64,000 nt of DNA from Bdellovibrionales bacterium (GCA_043739185.1 JAYUEN010000387.1:1-64000); one strand, 5' to 3'. Counted from the first letter of the stretch, positions 37,597-48,898 are shown. The notes: generated from the sequence alone by a model not told the origin. Made by a program: numbers and translations.

Positions 37597-38949
37597 TTAT
37601 CTAATCGTAAAACTATGTTCGCTCGTTTTTGCCTGAGTAGCTTGATTCAGGCGGCTGCGAATACGACCGCGCACAAAATCAATATGTTCTCTTAAGCTAT
37701 AAATATAATCTGAATAGTCTAGAGGTACCTTGAGGTGATTCACTTTCATTTCAAAGGCATCTAATTTATCTAGGTGTTCAAGATATTTTTCTGGAGTAGA
37801 GTCGGGATGAAGTTGGGTCTCAATAAATTTCAACTCCCCATAGCGCTGAAAAATACGATTTCGAATGCGCCAAACGTAAATTTTTGGAACCACCTTTATC
37901 ATTGGCAAAATGATGGCCGCGACCGGTATCACCAAGAGCAAGAAGCGATCAAGGAGAGTCGCGAGCCAAAAGGGCAAAAACCTTTGCCAAAATGGCGTAC
38001 CTGATTTGTAAAAACTTTTAGCTTCTTCGCGCAATGAAAACTGATAATCTTTATCAACCGGAAATTCATCTTTCCTTTCAAAAAGTCCGGGTGAACTATG
38101 CACTTGTACCGCGGCCTTCAACAATAAATAGACGAGCGCAGGGTGAAGATCGTCCCTTACAAGCAGAGTAATGGTGGGCGAGACCAAATTAATATCTTCA
38201 GCCGGGATATTATTTTTCAAATCAAAAGCGCCGTGAGGAAGAGTCAAATGATGTAAAAAAGGAATCTGCCTAGTTATTGCCTCAGCCTGATCTAGGTTCA
38301 TGAGTTTGACGCTAGGATCATGCATCAGCTTTTCAATGAGCGGATCTTCACCCGTTCTTAAAAAAAGTGCAACTGTCGCCTCGCCTGACTTGATTGCATC
38401 AACTGCGTTTTGAGAGCCAATTTCTAGGAGTTGAGTATTTTCAGCTGTGACTCCGGCACTTTTTAAGATTCTTTGTGCTAAAATATTGGTCCCAGAATTC
38501 GCTCTTCCAATTGCGATTTTCTGTCCCATAAGATCCGATAGTTTACTGGGGGTCTTTTGACCAGAATAAAAAATCCAAATTGGTTCATAGTAGAGGCTTC
38601 CCAAAGAAGAAAGGTCTGGAGCTTCCTCTGCATTGCCAAGCCCGTCTTGCACAAATCCAACCTGGACATCTGAACTTTCGTCTTTAAGCCTTTTGAGGTT
38701 TTCAGAGGGGCCTTGGGAGGCTTTGGTGATGAGTTCAACACCATCTTCTTTCAATATGTCCTTATAAAGCTTGGCGTAGGATTGATAGTCATCTTGATCT
38801 TCGCCAGTTGAAATAACGATGCGATTGGGTGGTGCGGGATTTACAAATTTATATGCAATCACGGCGACGCTAAGGGTGATCAGACAAGCGGGGACAAATG
38901 CAAAAAGGATGTCCCTAAGGGATCTGCCAAAATATATTTTTTTATTCAT
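37597..38949 (-). CDS. TAXI-family TRAP solute-binding protein with TM anchors
   Basis: PAPP.RIVISTG, G..EN, VQDG, LYYEP.W, IAIG...SGT, PFWQRFLPFW. Confidence 0.82.
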   Translation of the reverse strand: MNKKIYFGRSLRDILFAFVPACLITLSVAVIAYKFVNPAPPNRIVISTGEDQDDYQSYAKLYKDILKEDGVELITKASQGPSENLKRLKDESSDVQVGFVQDGLGNAEEAPDLSSLGSLYYEPIWIFYSGQKTPSKLSDLMGQKIAIGRANSGTNILAQRILKSAGVTAENTQLLEIGSQNAVDAIKSGEATVALFLRTGEDPLIEKLMHDPSVKLMNLDQAEAITRQIPFLHHLTLPHGAFDLKNNIPAEDINLVSPTITLLVRDDLHPALVYLLLKAAVQVHSSPGLFERKDEFPVDKDYQFSLREEAKSFYKSGTPFWQRFLPFWLATLLDRFLLLVIPVAAIILPMIKVVPKIYVWRIRNRIFQRYGELKFIETQLHPDSTPEKYLEHLDKLDAFEMKVNHLKVPLDYSDYIYSLREHIDFVRGRIRSRLNQATQAKTSEHSFTIR

Positions 38950-39072
38950 AGCTGCCAATAATAACATCAGAAATTGATCAGGCTCAACGCTAATTGTGTT
39001 CAAGTTTTGATTTGCAGCGCGTAGCCTTTTCATTTGCTTGTGAGTAGCATGCATTGCTAGGATTCTTATCTT

Positions 39073-42045
39073 ATGAAAAAAGTGCTTTTTCGCATAATGA
39101 CAGGCCTCTTTAGCTTTTTATTTGTCCTATTGGTGCTGGTGTATATCGGAGTGAAGTTTCTTGGTACTGAGGAGGGCTCTCGATGGGTATTGACCAAGGC
39201 GCAAAAAGTCTTAGCGCAAAAATTTGCTACCGAGCTACAGTTTTCTGAGGCCCAAATCAGATTGTTTTCAGGCATACATTTTAAAGATTTGAAAATAGAT
39301 TCAAAATTGAATGGCAATCGAATTCAGATTCAAATTTCAAGATTTGATATCGACTACATCATTGAGAATTTTTCTCGAAAAGTCTTGATTGAACGATTGT
39401 CAATTGAGCGCCCAAGTTTTCAGGTGCAATTGAATATAGACGCTTCTCCGAAAGCTAAGCCGCAAGAATTTTCTTCAAAAGAGAATGTGCCGCTTGTAGT
39501 GCTTTTAGCAAAATTTTTAGAATCCCCTCTTGTGAGCGTCACAATGAGGCGATTTGAGCTATCCGAATTTGACCTCGATCTTCACCTAAAGGCTGGTGAG
39601 AATAGTTTAACTGCTGTCATTAAGAATTTAAATATCAGAGCATCTGGCCAGCTTTCCGAAAATCATTTGAGTCTAGAAAGTGAAGTGAAAGCGAACCACG
39701 CCAATCATGTGGAGATTTCAGGCCGAGATAGGCATTTGGCTTTGGATTGGGATTTGAATACAAAAGGCAATATCAAGATTGAAAAGAACGGGCAAAACTG
39801 GAGCTATTCAATACCTGAAAATTTTGTGAATTTTGAATTGCAGAACTTGATTGTACAAATGAGTGAGCTTGAGACACAAACGCAGCTACAGTTACCATGG
39901 GTCAAGATTAAGTCTGAAACAAATTTGCTTGCTGAAACTGAGCACGCCTTTGAATTTGATTCGGGTTCTTTAAAATCTGCACATGATAATTCGCAGATTC
40001 AGACAAGCCCCTTTAGCTTGATAAAGCGTTCTCTAGATCAAGCCATGAGCCTTAAGTTTGGCAGTTATGAGGCTGCCATAACGGCAGAATTAAAGAAAGA
40101 TGTTGAACTGAATGTGAAATCCATTTTGCATCAACTTGATTTTCCGTCCCAATTGAATATGCCAATTGATTTGAAGCTAGGTGCTCAGGCTAATATTTCT
40201 TTGGATCTTAAACATTTTGCAGCTCACTTTGCTGCTGGGCTCTCCGAAATTGATTTGTCTTTGGGCCAATTCACCATTGGTAGAAACCAAGCTAAGGATC
40301 CTTGGGAGTTGATGGGGAATGTGCAAATTTTTCTCGATCCAAAGCTGGCAAAAAAAATGAAATCAGGGGCTGAGCTTTCGAAAATGGGTCGTATCGAAAT
40401 CAATTCGAAATTAAGTGGTAAGCTTTCAAATGAACAGCGGCTGCATTTGGATACTCAAACTGATATTGCAAAAATTATTTTACCTGTGTCTAAAAAGAGC
40501 TTTGCGATTCACATTTCCTCAGCAAATGATTTTCAGAAATCATCTGCTCCTGATGGGCGCGACTTAGGAGTCGGGGTAAACTCCACTTCAGAGCTAAAGC
40601 TTTCAAATCCAGAAATTGGCGAATGGAAAGTGAATTCAAATTCTGAAGTTCATTTAGACAATTTAAATAAGAAAGAGATTATAGGAAAAATTGAATTGAG
40701 CGAACTGAGTGCTGGTGATAGCGATTTGTTGCCCGCTAAATTGGTACAGCCTGTAGTAATGTCTCATCATTTGAGTATGAACCAAGAGGATTTAAGCTTC
40801 GAGCTAAAAGGCTTAGCGCCCGCAATTGAAATCACAAAATTAGGAATTCTTGGTGATACGAAATTCAATGTGAATTTAAAGGGTGACCATTTGAGCACTG
40901 AGAAAAACTTCAAGATTCAAGTCGAGATGGATCAGGGCCCATTGAAGCTCAATGTAGTGAATGCGAGTTTGGCAGCAATTCCAATTGCAAGTATGAAGAT
41001 GAATTTGGCAGCTACATTAAAGCAGCAGACGTTGTTCAACCTTGAGAAATTGCAATTTAATTTGAATCAGGATTTGGTGCGGGTGACTGCTGACGGAACT
41101 GGTAATTTGAAAACCAAAGATGTGCAAATTCAAATAAATAACCAAATGAATTTTCCGCGATCTTTACCTGAGCTTTTTGGCCAAAAGGTGACGGGCGAAG
41201 TATTAGTTCCCATGAATTTTTCGGTTCGGCACGGCAAGGATATTAATATAGACGGGACTGTAGAGTTAAAGAAAATGGGCGTTCAGCACGACGATATTTC
41301 GCTTTCTGGCCTCAGCGGACGTATTCCTTTTTCTGAACATTTAATATTAGAAAAGGATCATATTAGGTTTACAGAATTGGTGACGCAGAATGCTTTTGAG
41401 CGAGTGAATTTTGAACGTCTGCGCCCCTTATTGCAAAGCTCAGAACTTATCACAATTGATAAAATACATTGGCAAGAAAAAGTATATGGTCCACTCGTAG
41501 GTTTTTTTTCGATTCGACAGAATATGTTTATTCTTCATGAATTTAGTCTCGATTTGGGCTCAGGAAGTATTTATGGCGAAGTGGCCTTTGATGCTTATCC
41601 TAAAAACCTTCAATTGGGTCTGCTTTCTCGCGTTACCGGGCTCGATTTAGCTCAGGTTTTGCCGCGGAAGTTTTTAAAGAAAATACCTGAGGGCGACAAA
41701 ACGATAAGCGCGCGTACAGGCTTTGTGTTTTCGCTCAACCGAGCCATTCTTAATGGCCGCATAGATGTAACCCAAATTGGAAGTGCCCAGATGATAACGC
41801 TAATCAATTTATTGGACCCACAGTTTCAAGATGATAAAATGAATAAAATGAGAACACTCTTAGAAGTGGGTTATCCCACCGCAGTAGCGATGAATTTTAA
41901 TCAAGGTTTTTTAGATTTGGATTTGGATTTGACTGCACTTGGTATTAATCAGCACCAGGCTTTGCGATCTATTCCTCTATCTGGATTTTTATTAAAGCCA
42001 ACTGCAGAAATTGTTTCTGCAAGTCAGAAAGGACCCCTCAAATGA
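39073..42045 (+). CDS. AsmA/YdbH-like intermembrane (lipid-bridge) protein
   Basis: N-terminal TM anchor, long beta-rich body, GLSGRIPF; followed by a small lipoprotein. Confidence 0.55.
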   Translation: MKKVLFRIMTGLFSFLFVLLVLVYIGVKFLGTEEGSRWVLTKAQKVLAQKFATELQFSEAQIRLFSGIHFKDLKIDSKLNGNRIQIQISRFDIDYIIENFSRKVLIERLSIERPSFQVQLNIDASPKAKPQEFSSKENVPLVVLLAKFLESPLVSVTMRRFELSEFDLDLHLKAGENSLTAVIKNLNIRASGQLSENHLSLESEVKANHANHVEISGRDRHLALDWDLNTKGNIKIEKNGQNWSYSIPENFVNFELQNLIVQMSELETQTQLQLPWVKIKSETNLLAETEHAFEFDSGSLKSAHDNSQIQTSPFSLIKRSLDQAMSLKFGSYEAAITAELKKDVELNVKSILHQLDFPSQLNMPIDLKLGAQANISLDLKHFAAHFAAGLSEIDLSLGQFTIGRNQAKDPWELMGNVQIFLDPKLAKKMKSGAELSKMGRIEINSKLSGKLSNEQRLHLDTQTDIAKIILPVSKKSFAIHISSANDFQKSSAPDGRDLGVGVNSTSELKLSNPEIGEWKVNSNSEVHLDNLNKKEIIGKIELSELSAGDSDLLPAKLVQPVVMSHHLSMNQEDLSFELKGLAPAIEITKLGILGDTKFNVNLKGDHLSTEKNFKIQVEMDQGPLKLNVVNASLAAIPIASMKMNLAATLKQQTLFNLEKLQFNLNQDLVRVTADGTGNLKTKDVQIQINNQMNFPRSLPELFGQKVTGEVLVPMNFSVRHGKDINIDGTVELKKMGVQHDDISLSGLSGRIPFSEHLILEKDHIRFTELVTQNAFERVNFERLRPLLQSSELITIDKIHWQEKVYGPLVGFFSIRQNMFILHEFSLDLGSGSIYGEVAFDAYPKNLQLGLLSRVTGLDLAQVLPRKFLKKIPEGDKTISARTGFVFSLNRAILNGRIDVTQIGSAQMITLINLLDPQFQDDKMNKMRTLLEVGYPTAVAMNFNQGFLDLDLDLTALGINQHQALRSIPLSGFLLKPTAEIVSASQKGPLK

Positions 42046-42335
42046 AATATCTAAAAATCTTTGGCGCGCTAATGAGTTTGGGCATTCTCGGTAGTCTGTT
42101 TGGTTGTGCGCCGCAAATTTATGTGGTCGACCGCCAAAGTGTATTCGAGCAGGAATCGGCAGGTGAGTGGCCACAGTTTGAACAAGAAGTCTTGGGGAAA
42201 TCGGTTGCGACCGGTGCCGAGCCATTTGCGAAGATTCCTATCACCAATAAAAAGGCCCGTCTTTACAAAGTTCTCAATGGTGAACTCGTAGCTTTACCTG
42301 AAAAGCCAACTTCGAACAAAGTGGATAAAAAATGA
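42042..42335 (+). CDS. Small lipoprotein (YnbE/YdbL-like context)
   Basis: LFGC lipobox; ATGA overlaps on both sides. Confidence 0.6.
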   Translation: MKYLKIFGALMSLGILGSLFGCAPQIYVVDRQSVFEQESAGEWPQFEQEVLGKSVATGAEPFAKIPITNKKARLYKVLNGELVALPEKPTSNKVDKK

Positions 42336-45300
42336 TGAAGATCTTCTTAGTTGGCATTTTACTATTTGCAGGCAAGGTTCAAGCGACAATAGTTTCGGAT
42401 CGAATCGCGGCAACGAATCGGCTGCTGCCTTTGAAAAAAGTAACGGTCGGTCCTGATGACCAATATCATGGGTCTGTCGATACCAAAGGGGAGATTTTAG
42501 TCTATACATACAAGACAAATTTGGTGCCGCACCTGCGTGTGCAAGAACTAAAGAGCGGTGACGTTCGGGATTTTTTACCACTTACCGCAGACTCGCAGGA
42601 GCCGAGCATCGGACCAAGTGGCTTGGTCGCATTTACCTATTTTAAATTCAATGCAAAGGGAGATATCTGTTACGCCGGATTGCCAAACTTCGCAAAGCCT
42701 GCCAATAACAATCCCGAAATTCATTGTCTCGCCCGTACCTCAAGCGAAAAGTTCGAAGCCAGATCAAATTCATTTTGGAAATCAAACGACGAAATTGGCT
42801 ACGTTGTCGACGCGATAGGTGAAAATCCACGTCGGATTGTTACAGAAAATATTCACACAGGAAATAAGACAATACTCACATCAGGGAAAATATACTCTCC
42901 CAATATGCAGGCCGGCGGACATTATTTAACTTTTATAAAAATGGACAAAGATGAGTCCGTATCCAAATCAAATGTAAATCGTGAAATCGTTTTGTTGGAC
43001 CTTGTAAATCGCAAAGAATTCAGTTTGCGATTTGCACTTCCCGGAATTTCAGGCTTTCCAGCCTTATCGGCTGATGAGTCGATGCTTTATTTTAGCCACT
43101 ATCCGAACGATTCAAATGGTGACAATATTCTTGATGGCAGCGACAACGGAGTCATCTTTCGCATTCCGGTTTCAAAAATATTTAGTAATCAAGATAAGGA
43201 TCTGATTTTTCCTGAGCAGCTCACTTCTCTCGAGAGCAGTTGTAGTTTTCCTCACCCATTTAAAGATTCGGTTTATTTGACCTGTGCCTTTGAAGGAAGT
43301 CTCGATATCTATCAGATGCCTGCCAGTGGAATTGTTCCGGTCAATTGGTCGAGACAAATACTTGATAATGCTTTGATCACCAGTCGCAGTTATCAGGAGC
43401 GTATCTTAAATCTCAATACTGAGAAATATAGATTTTCAGAAACCAAACAAATAACAAATGAGCGGCTATTAAATAATCATATTTTAGCAGATGAAACGGC
43501 GGCCGCGCGTAGTTATTTAGATGAGATAATGAAAACTAAGCTTGGCGCAAATGAAAAGTCATTTTATGCGCTAGTAAAAATCTATTTGGAATCGCGCGAA
43601 CTAAAGAAAATGCAAGCATCCTCTGATGTGACCAGGATCTTTAGAGGTCAAATAGCGCAATTTGAACATCAAGTTGCGAGTATAAAATCAGAGGCGAGTT
43701 TTAATTTGATTCTTCGGGGTCTCCTCAAGCTCTATACTGAAGACTTTCACGAGGCTGCAAATTTTTTAGCACAGGTTCGTGCGGCTTCTCAAATGAAGCC
43801 GCTGGAGCGTTATTTGTATTTTGAATTGGCAGATCAAAGTCTTTCACGTGAACTACCTAAAAGCGAAGCTAAGCTATTAGATGCATATCATATCATGATG
43901 ACGGCACCTGAGCTCGATGAAGAGGCGCATATTTACTACGCCTTTCGTCTCCTAGATAAAATTGAACAGCAGCACAAAGAACTTCCCGAAAGAATTAAGG
44001 TCATTGACACTGCCAAAAAATTTCTTGTTAAGCCAGTCCTCACTTTACTTGATTCTGAAACTTGTGTCCTTCGATTAATTCTTGCGGGTGATTCTGAAAA
44101 GCCGAAAGTTTATTCTGAGCTCGATCGCTTTATGAGCGAAACAAGAGAAGATTATTTTTTGAGAAAAGCTCTTTATGTACGCGCGATACTCAACTTCACG
44201 ACGGCTGCGCAATTTACTTATATGGATTTGGTGGCGACTGCATGGTTAAAGTATACTACGCAAAAAGATACAGAGTTTATCTATGCGCGTGAAGTGGTAC
44301 AGGGTTCGGCACTTGACCAAGCCTATGCAAATGTAGCGGTGGCAAATGACAATTTTGCGAGTAGTTTCTTTTATGAATCTTTAAGCTTAACCGACGATCT
44401 AGAGTCGCATTACGGTTTTGTCCAATCAATGAACCGCAGAAATTTGCGTAGCACCATTGATGATCGATACAAGAATCTCGTACAAAGATCATTTATTGAC
44501 GACAATTTTAAGTTTGTTCAGGCCTTGCTTATTCTGATCGATCAAAATACTCATGCTCAAGCGGACCGGCATCTCACGGCACATTTAGATCAGGCAATTG
44601 AAAAACTGGTGGCGATGTCGCAAGATCGGGACTCGCCGGCGCGCTATTTATTGCTTGGTTCTTGTTATCTTGAAAAGCTCTTAAGAACCGCAAAGGGTCT
44701 TGAGTTTTCAGCAGAGCTTTTGCAGAAAGCCAATCGCACTCTGATGTTGGCATATGATTTGGGTCGAGATAATGTTCGTATTCAAGCAGCAACTTTAATG
44801 AACCTTGGGATTTTACAAGCTCGGGTTCAAAACCAAGGGCTCGCAGTTCGTTTTTTTAAAGAGCGTAAAACTCTTGGTTTTGTTTCTGCTGTTGAGAAGG
44901 CAGCCTTTGAATGGAGCTACGCACGCGCTTTATTTTTGAGCCATCAACCTGAGTTAGCGGCAGAAGAATTAACTGAAGTAGCAGCAAGTGAAATGAAGCC
45001 GGCATTATTAGAGCGCAAGGCCTTTTATTTGATGTCTGCACAAAAATATGATCGAGCTGTTCTGGCTTATGAAGAACTATTCAAAGCTAAACCACAAATT
45101 GATGCTATTAGTTTCGCAAAAATAAACCTCAGTCTTGGCTTTGCGCTTTTGAAAAACCAACAAGAAAAAGAAGCCAAAAATCATCTTGTGCAAGCTGTTC
45201 AGTCGTTAGACAGGCTTGCTGTTTTGGGTCGTGGCGCCGAGCGTTCAGTTGAGTTCAATCCCAATAGATTGAAGGCATTTGCCTATGGCTTTCTAGCTCA

Positions 45301-45850
45301 AATCGGAAATCCAAATGAACGTAAAGATGCACTTCTTAAACGTTATGCGCTCCTAGAACAAAGCTCAAATCTGGTTGAGGATCAGCTCAATGTCATGATT
45401 CAAGCAAGACTTCAATTGGCTAAGCTTACAACTACTGAGCTAAACGAGAAAAGCCAATATCTCAGAGAAGCAGTAAGTTTAAGTGAAAAACTAGCCAAGG
45501 AAAGTGGATATTTGTCGCACGCCATTTACCAATCAAGTGTTGCAGCTTTGATTGAAGGATTTTTGCACCCTAAGATGTTTACAGATTCAGAATCAAAAAG
45601 CATCGTCGCCTTGGTTCAGAGTTGTATGCATTCATATGAAAGTCAGAAGATCTCCCAAGCTTTTTTGAACTTTCAAAATCTCAAGCTTAAAGTTTTAGAG
45701 GCCGCCTATAGTGCGATACTCAATCATCGAGCCTCCTCAAAGGATGAGATTAAAGCACTTATGTCTGCTCCGTTAGCAATGAATGTAAAAGAAGGTCTTC
45801 CTAAAGAATGGGAAAATATGACAAAGCTAAGCGCAGCCCTTAGTTATTAG
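42332..45850 (+). CDS. Large exported protein: TolB-like beta-propeller plus TPR-like helical region
   Basis: Signal peptide; PSIGPSG, SPNM, FPALSAD propeller repeats; DSNGDNILDGSD Ca-loop; helical repeats. Confidence 0.6.
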   Translation: MMKIFLVGILLFAGKVQATIVSDRIAATNRLLPLKKVTVGPDDQYHGSVDTKGEILVYTYKTNLVPHLRVQELKSGDVRDFLPLTADSQEPSIGPSGLVAFTYFKFNAKGDICYAGLPNFAKPANNNPEIHCLARTSSEKFEARSNSFWKSNDEIGYVVDAIGENPRRIVTENIHTGNKTILTSGKIYSPNMQAGGHYLTFIKMDKDESVSKSNVNREIVLLDLVNRKEFSLRFALPGISGFPALSADESMLYFSHYPNDSNGDNILDGSDNGVIFRIPVSKIFSNQDKDLIFPEQLTSLESSCSFPHPFKDSVYLTCAFEGSLDIYQMPASGIVPVNWSRQILDNALITSRSYQERILNLNTEKYRFSETKQITNERLLNNHILADETAAARSYLDEIMKTKLGANEKSFYALVKIYLESRELKKMQASSDVTRIFRGQIAQFEHQVASIKSEASFNLILRGLLKLYTEDFHEAANFLAQVRAASQMKPLERYLYFELADQSLSRELPKSEAKLLDAYHIMMTAPELDEEAHIYYAFRLLDKIEQQHKELPERIKVIDTAKKFLVKPVLTLLDSETCVLRLILAGDSEKPKVYSELDRFMSETREDYFLRKALYVRAILNFTTAAQFTYMDLVATAWLKYTTQKDTEFIYAREVVQGSALDQAYANVAVANDNFASSFFYESLSLTDDLESHYGFVQSMNRRNLRSTIDDRYKNLVQRSFIDDNFKFVQALLILIDQNTHAQADRHLTAHLDQAIEKLVAMSQDRDSPARYLLLGSCYLEKLLRTAKGLEFSAELLQKANRTLMLAYDLGRDNVRIQAATLMNLGILQARVQNQGLAVRFFKERKTLGFVSAVEKAAFEWSYARALFLSHQPELAAEELTEVAASEMKPALLERKAFYLMSAQKYDRAVLAYEELFKAKPQIDAISFAKINLSLGFALLKNQQEKEAKNHLVQAVQSLDRLAVLGRGAERSVEFNPNRLKAFAYGFLAQIGNPNERKDALLKRYALLEQSSNLVEDQLNVMIQARLQLAKLTTTELNEKSQYLREAVSLSEKLAKESGYLSHAIYQSSVAALIEGFLHPKMFTDSESKSIVALVQSCMHSYESQKISQAFLNFQNLKLKVLEAAYSAILNHRASSKDEIKALMSAPLAMNVKEGLPKEWENMTKLSAALSY

Positions 45851-46310
45851 GAGCTCCGGCATTGATCCAAGCGAGGATCGATGCTTCTTCTGCGGGTGTA
45901 ATATTTTGATCACTTAAGTGGGTTGCATAGGTCGTGCAACCACTTTTGCCAGCAAAATTATTTACATGATAATCTTGAAACAATACTCCCGCCAGATAGG
46001 ATTGAGTCGGCGCATTTGCAGCTACGATTTTAATTCCGCTACAGGTACCTGTGCTAGAGGTGCCGGCGACATAATTTGCAAGCAAAGTAGAATAAGCAGT
46101 AGCCGAAGTTGTGAAATCGAGATGTACGCCATTGGTATTGTAGGCTGGTGTTCCTGGCACATGGCATTGAGCACAGGCTGTTTTTAACATGCTTGTGTAG
46201 ATAGTAGAAAAATTGGCGGAGGTATCAGCAGCCTTATCTCCGCAATTGCTAAGAAAAAAAGGGATCAAGCCTAAGACGAAAACAAACAGTAATTTTCGCA
46301 AAAATAGCAT
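45840..46310 (-). CDS. Monoheme cytochrome c lipoprotein
   Basis: LSNC lipobox, CAQCH heme motif, I.AWI.AGAP C-terminus. Confidence 0.75.
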   Translation of the reverse strand: MLFLRKLLFVFVLGLIPFFLSNCGDKAADTSANFSTIYTSMLKTACAQCHVPGTPAYNTNGVHLDFTTSATAYSTLLANYVAGTSSTGTCSGIKIVAANAPTQSYLAGVLFQDYHVNNFAGKSGCTTYATHLSDQNITPAEEASILAWINAGAPNN

Positions 46311-46453
46311 TTCAGAACTCCTCTAATATAAAGACTGCCTATGAAGTTTGTCATTAATCGATAAGTTGGGCCAAAATTCAAGAAATATCTAGAATGTGTC
46401 CGCTTTCCTAACTTGTCGCGAGGTGAAGTGGATAGCAGTGCCTTGCCGTGGAC

Positions 46454-47467
46454 CTACTGTAAATGTGCAAGGCTTGGTTTCAGCATGAGGATGGCGCCTT
46501 TGCAGGTGAAATGGACGCCATCTCCCCAGTAGCTCACACTGCCATCATCGCCTGGAATCCCGGCGAAATAGTTTAAAATATGTATATTGGGGATTTGCAG
46601 CGCACTTAGCTTTTGTGCCCACTCTTGATGTGCCTTATAAATATTTGGATAATCTTCCTTTAGGCTTTTCATGAAGACTGGATTGTAGGGCGCAATTAAT
46701 ACATAAACCTCTATATTTTTTGTACTCAACAACGTCATTTTATTAACAAAGAGCTGCCAGTAGTGTTCTGAGGCGGGATGATTAAAAATCGAAAGTCGGT
46801 AGCGATCGAAATCGGTGACAATATCTTTATTTAAGGCAGATGTTGTTTTCTCGCCAGGATAATTTGCACTTTCACAGCGCTCGTAATTTAAGTCATTGCC
46901 GCTGCCAAGATCTAATGCCTTTTGGTTCTTCTTTTTAAAACGAGCCACCGAAGCATTGAGCGTGAGATGATCAAAAAGTGAAGTCAATTTACTCTGCATC
47001 GATAGTGCATTGAGCTCAGGAAATTCAGAAGTAATATACTTGCCCAAAGCCTCTGTACTCTTCATTTTGACATCTAAGATCTCAGGAATGAGTTCAAAAA
47101 AATCAGCCTGCCAAATCACTTTACGAATCGGGTTGTGAGCAAGAGCTATATTTAAAAAGGCAAATTTGGCTTGAAGCTCGGTGCCACCAACTGAAAGGTT
47201 CAAAGCGGGATGTCCGGTGATTTTCTCTAGCCAAATGGGCGAGGTCGTTTCACCTCGAGAGGAGCCCACCATTACCAATTCAGTTTTAGGATGAGCTAAA
47301 ATAATTTGACCAATATGATAGTAGGTGTTGACGTTGATAGTCGTCGTATCAATGCTTTTGCATCGATAGTAGCACATAGGATCAACGGCAAAATTAAAAC
47401 TCGTGACCGCCAGAAAAAGTCCGCCGGCAATTATGAAAAAGCTAAATGTGGCTAAACGTGCATTCAC
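46454..47467 (-). CDS. SGNH-like protein (MBOAT partner)
   Basis: N-terminal TM with VDP, GSSR, DGVH. Confidence 0.7.
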   Translation of the reverse strand: MNARLATFSFFIIAGGLFLAVTSFNFAVDPMCYYRCKSIDTTTINVNTYYHIGQIILAHPKTELVMVGSSRGETTSPIWLEKITGHPALNLSVGGTELQAKFAFLNIALAHNPIRKVIWQADFFELIPEILDVKMKSTEALGKYITSEFPELNALSMQSKLTSLFDHLTLNASVARFKKKNQKALDLGSGNDLNYERCESANYPGEKTTSALNKDIVTDFDRYRLSIFNHPASEHYWQLFVNKMTLLSTKNIEVYVLIAPYNPVFMKSLKEDYPNIYKAHQEWAQKLSALQIPNIHILNYFAGIPGDDGSVSYWGDGVHFTCKGAILMLKPSLAHLQ

Positions 47468-47479
47468 AAAAATTTCATC

Positions 47480-48898
47480 CTAAAACTGAAAATACAAAAA
47501 AGGTGAATCTTCACTCATAAACATTATGCAAACAATTAAAAGAAAAGCGATTCCGGCCGCAGTCCAAATATTAGTTCTAAACTTAACTTGCCAAGTATTC
47601 TTAGCATAAAAACTCAAAAAGAAAGCCACGATCAAAGCCGCTATGAAGCGGCTTTGATAGCGTTCGGCTGCGAATCTCAAATCCCAAGTAAGATGAGTAT
47701 TTAACAAAAACACTTTTTCAAGCCATAAGAGTGCTACTGAAAAACTGGGAGCTCTGAAAAAAACCCAGCCTATATTAATTAATAAAAAGGTGAGAGCGAA
47801 CTTTAAATATTTATTTTGGATGCCTTTGTAATTTCGGTCTTTGCAGAAGCGCTCGGTCGCCAATAGGCAGCCGTGAAAGCCACCCCAGATTGCGTAAGTC
47901 CAATTGCCTCCGTGCCAAAGTCCACCAATCATCATGGTTAAGAATAAATTGCGATAGGTTTTAATTTGGCTACCGCGATTTCCGCCGAGAGAGATATACA
48001 AATAGTCTTTTAGCCAAGAAGACAAGCTGATGTGCCAACGTTGCCAAAATTCTGTAATTGAAAAAGACTTATAGGGTGAATTGAAATTTTGAGGAAAATC
48101 AATATTCATCATCAGGCCGAGGCCGACAGCCATATCTGAATAGCCGCTGAAATCAAAATAAAGCTGCATGGTATAGCCAAGCATTGCCAAAATGGCTTCG
48201 CTATTTGAAGCAAGTTTTAGATTGTCTACAACCGGAATAACGACTGCTGAAAGCATATCAGCGAGCAGAATCTTTTTTGAAAGTCCGCAGACAAAAAAGC
48301 AAATTCCTCGCCAAAAATTCTCAAAATTAAAAATATAAGTCTTTGGGCTTTCAAGCTGGGGAACAATTTGATTGTGCCTTACAAGGGGGCCTGAAATTTG
48401 ATGGGGAAAAAGTGTCACATAGCCAGCAAAGGACAAGAGGTCGGCATGTGCATCAGAGGTGCCACGATAAACATCAATGACGTAGGACATACTTTGAAAG
48501 GTGTAGAATGAAATGCCGATTGGCAAAACAATTGAAAGAATCGGTAGCCCAGTGATCGGTGCTCCGTGAAGAAGACTCGCAAGTGAGTTCAAACTATCTG
48601 CAAATAAATTATAATATTTGAAAAAAAACAAAATCGATAAATTGATAATAACAGAAAATAAAAGCAAAAGACGTTTGCGATATTTGGTTTCAGAATTATA
48701 AATTCCGCGCGCAACGTAAAAGTCGACAATGACGGTGAAAATTAAAAAGAAAACAAGTTTGGCGCTCCAATAGCTATAAAAACCAAGGCTTGCCAATAAC
48801 AAAAAAGTGAGCTGCGCCCGACGTTTTGGTATGAGATAGTAGCCTAAAAGTACCATTGGCAAAAAGCCAAAGATAAAAATATATGAATTAAAGAGCAT
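47480..48898 (-). CDS. MBOAT O-acyltransferase (AlgI/DltB-like)
   Basis: MLFNS, LPIGISFYTFQ, YFDFSGYSDMA, FWQRWHISLS, GLWHG, PFLYFQF. Confidence 0.92.
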   Translation of the reverse strand: MLFNSYIFIFGFLPMVLLGYYLIPKRRAQLTFLLLASLGFYSYWSAKLVFFLIFTVIVDFYVARGIYNSETKYRKRLLLLFSVIINLSILFFFKYYNLFADSLNSLASLLHGAPITGLPILSIVLPIGISFYTFQSMSYVIDVYRGTSDAHADLLSFAGYVTLFPHQISGPLVRHNQIVPQLESPKTYIFNFENFWRGICFFVCGLSKKILLADMLSAVVIPVVDNLKLASNSEAILAMLGYTMQLYFDFSGYSDMAVGLGLMMNIDFPQNFNSPYKSFSITEFWQRWHISLSSWLKDYLYISLGGNRGSQIKTYRNLFLTMMIGGLWHGGNWTYAIWGGFHGCLLATERFCKDRNYKGIQNKYLKFALTFLLINIGWVFFRAPSFSVALLWLEKVFLLNTHLTWDLRFAAERYQSRFIAALIVAFFLSFYAKNTWQVKFRTNIWTAAGIAFLLIVCIMFMSEDSPFLYFQF

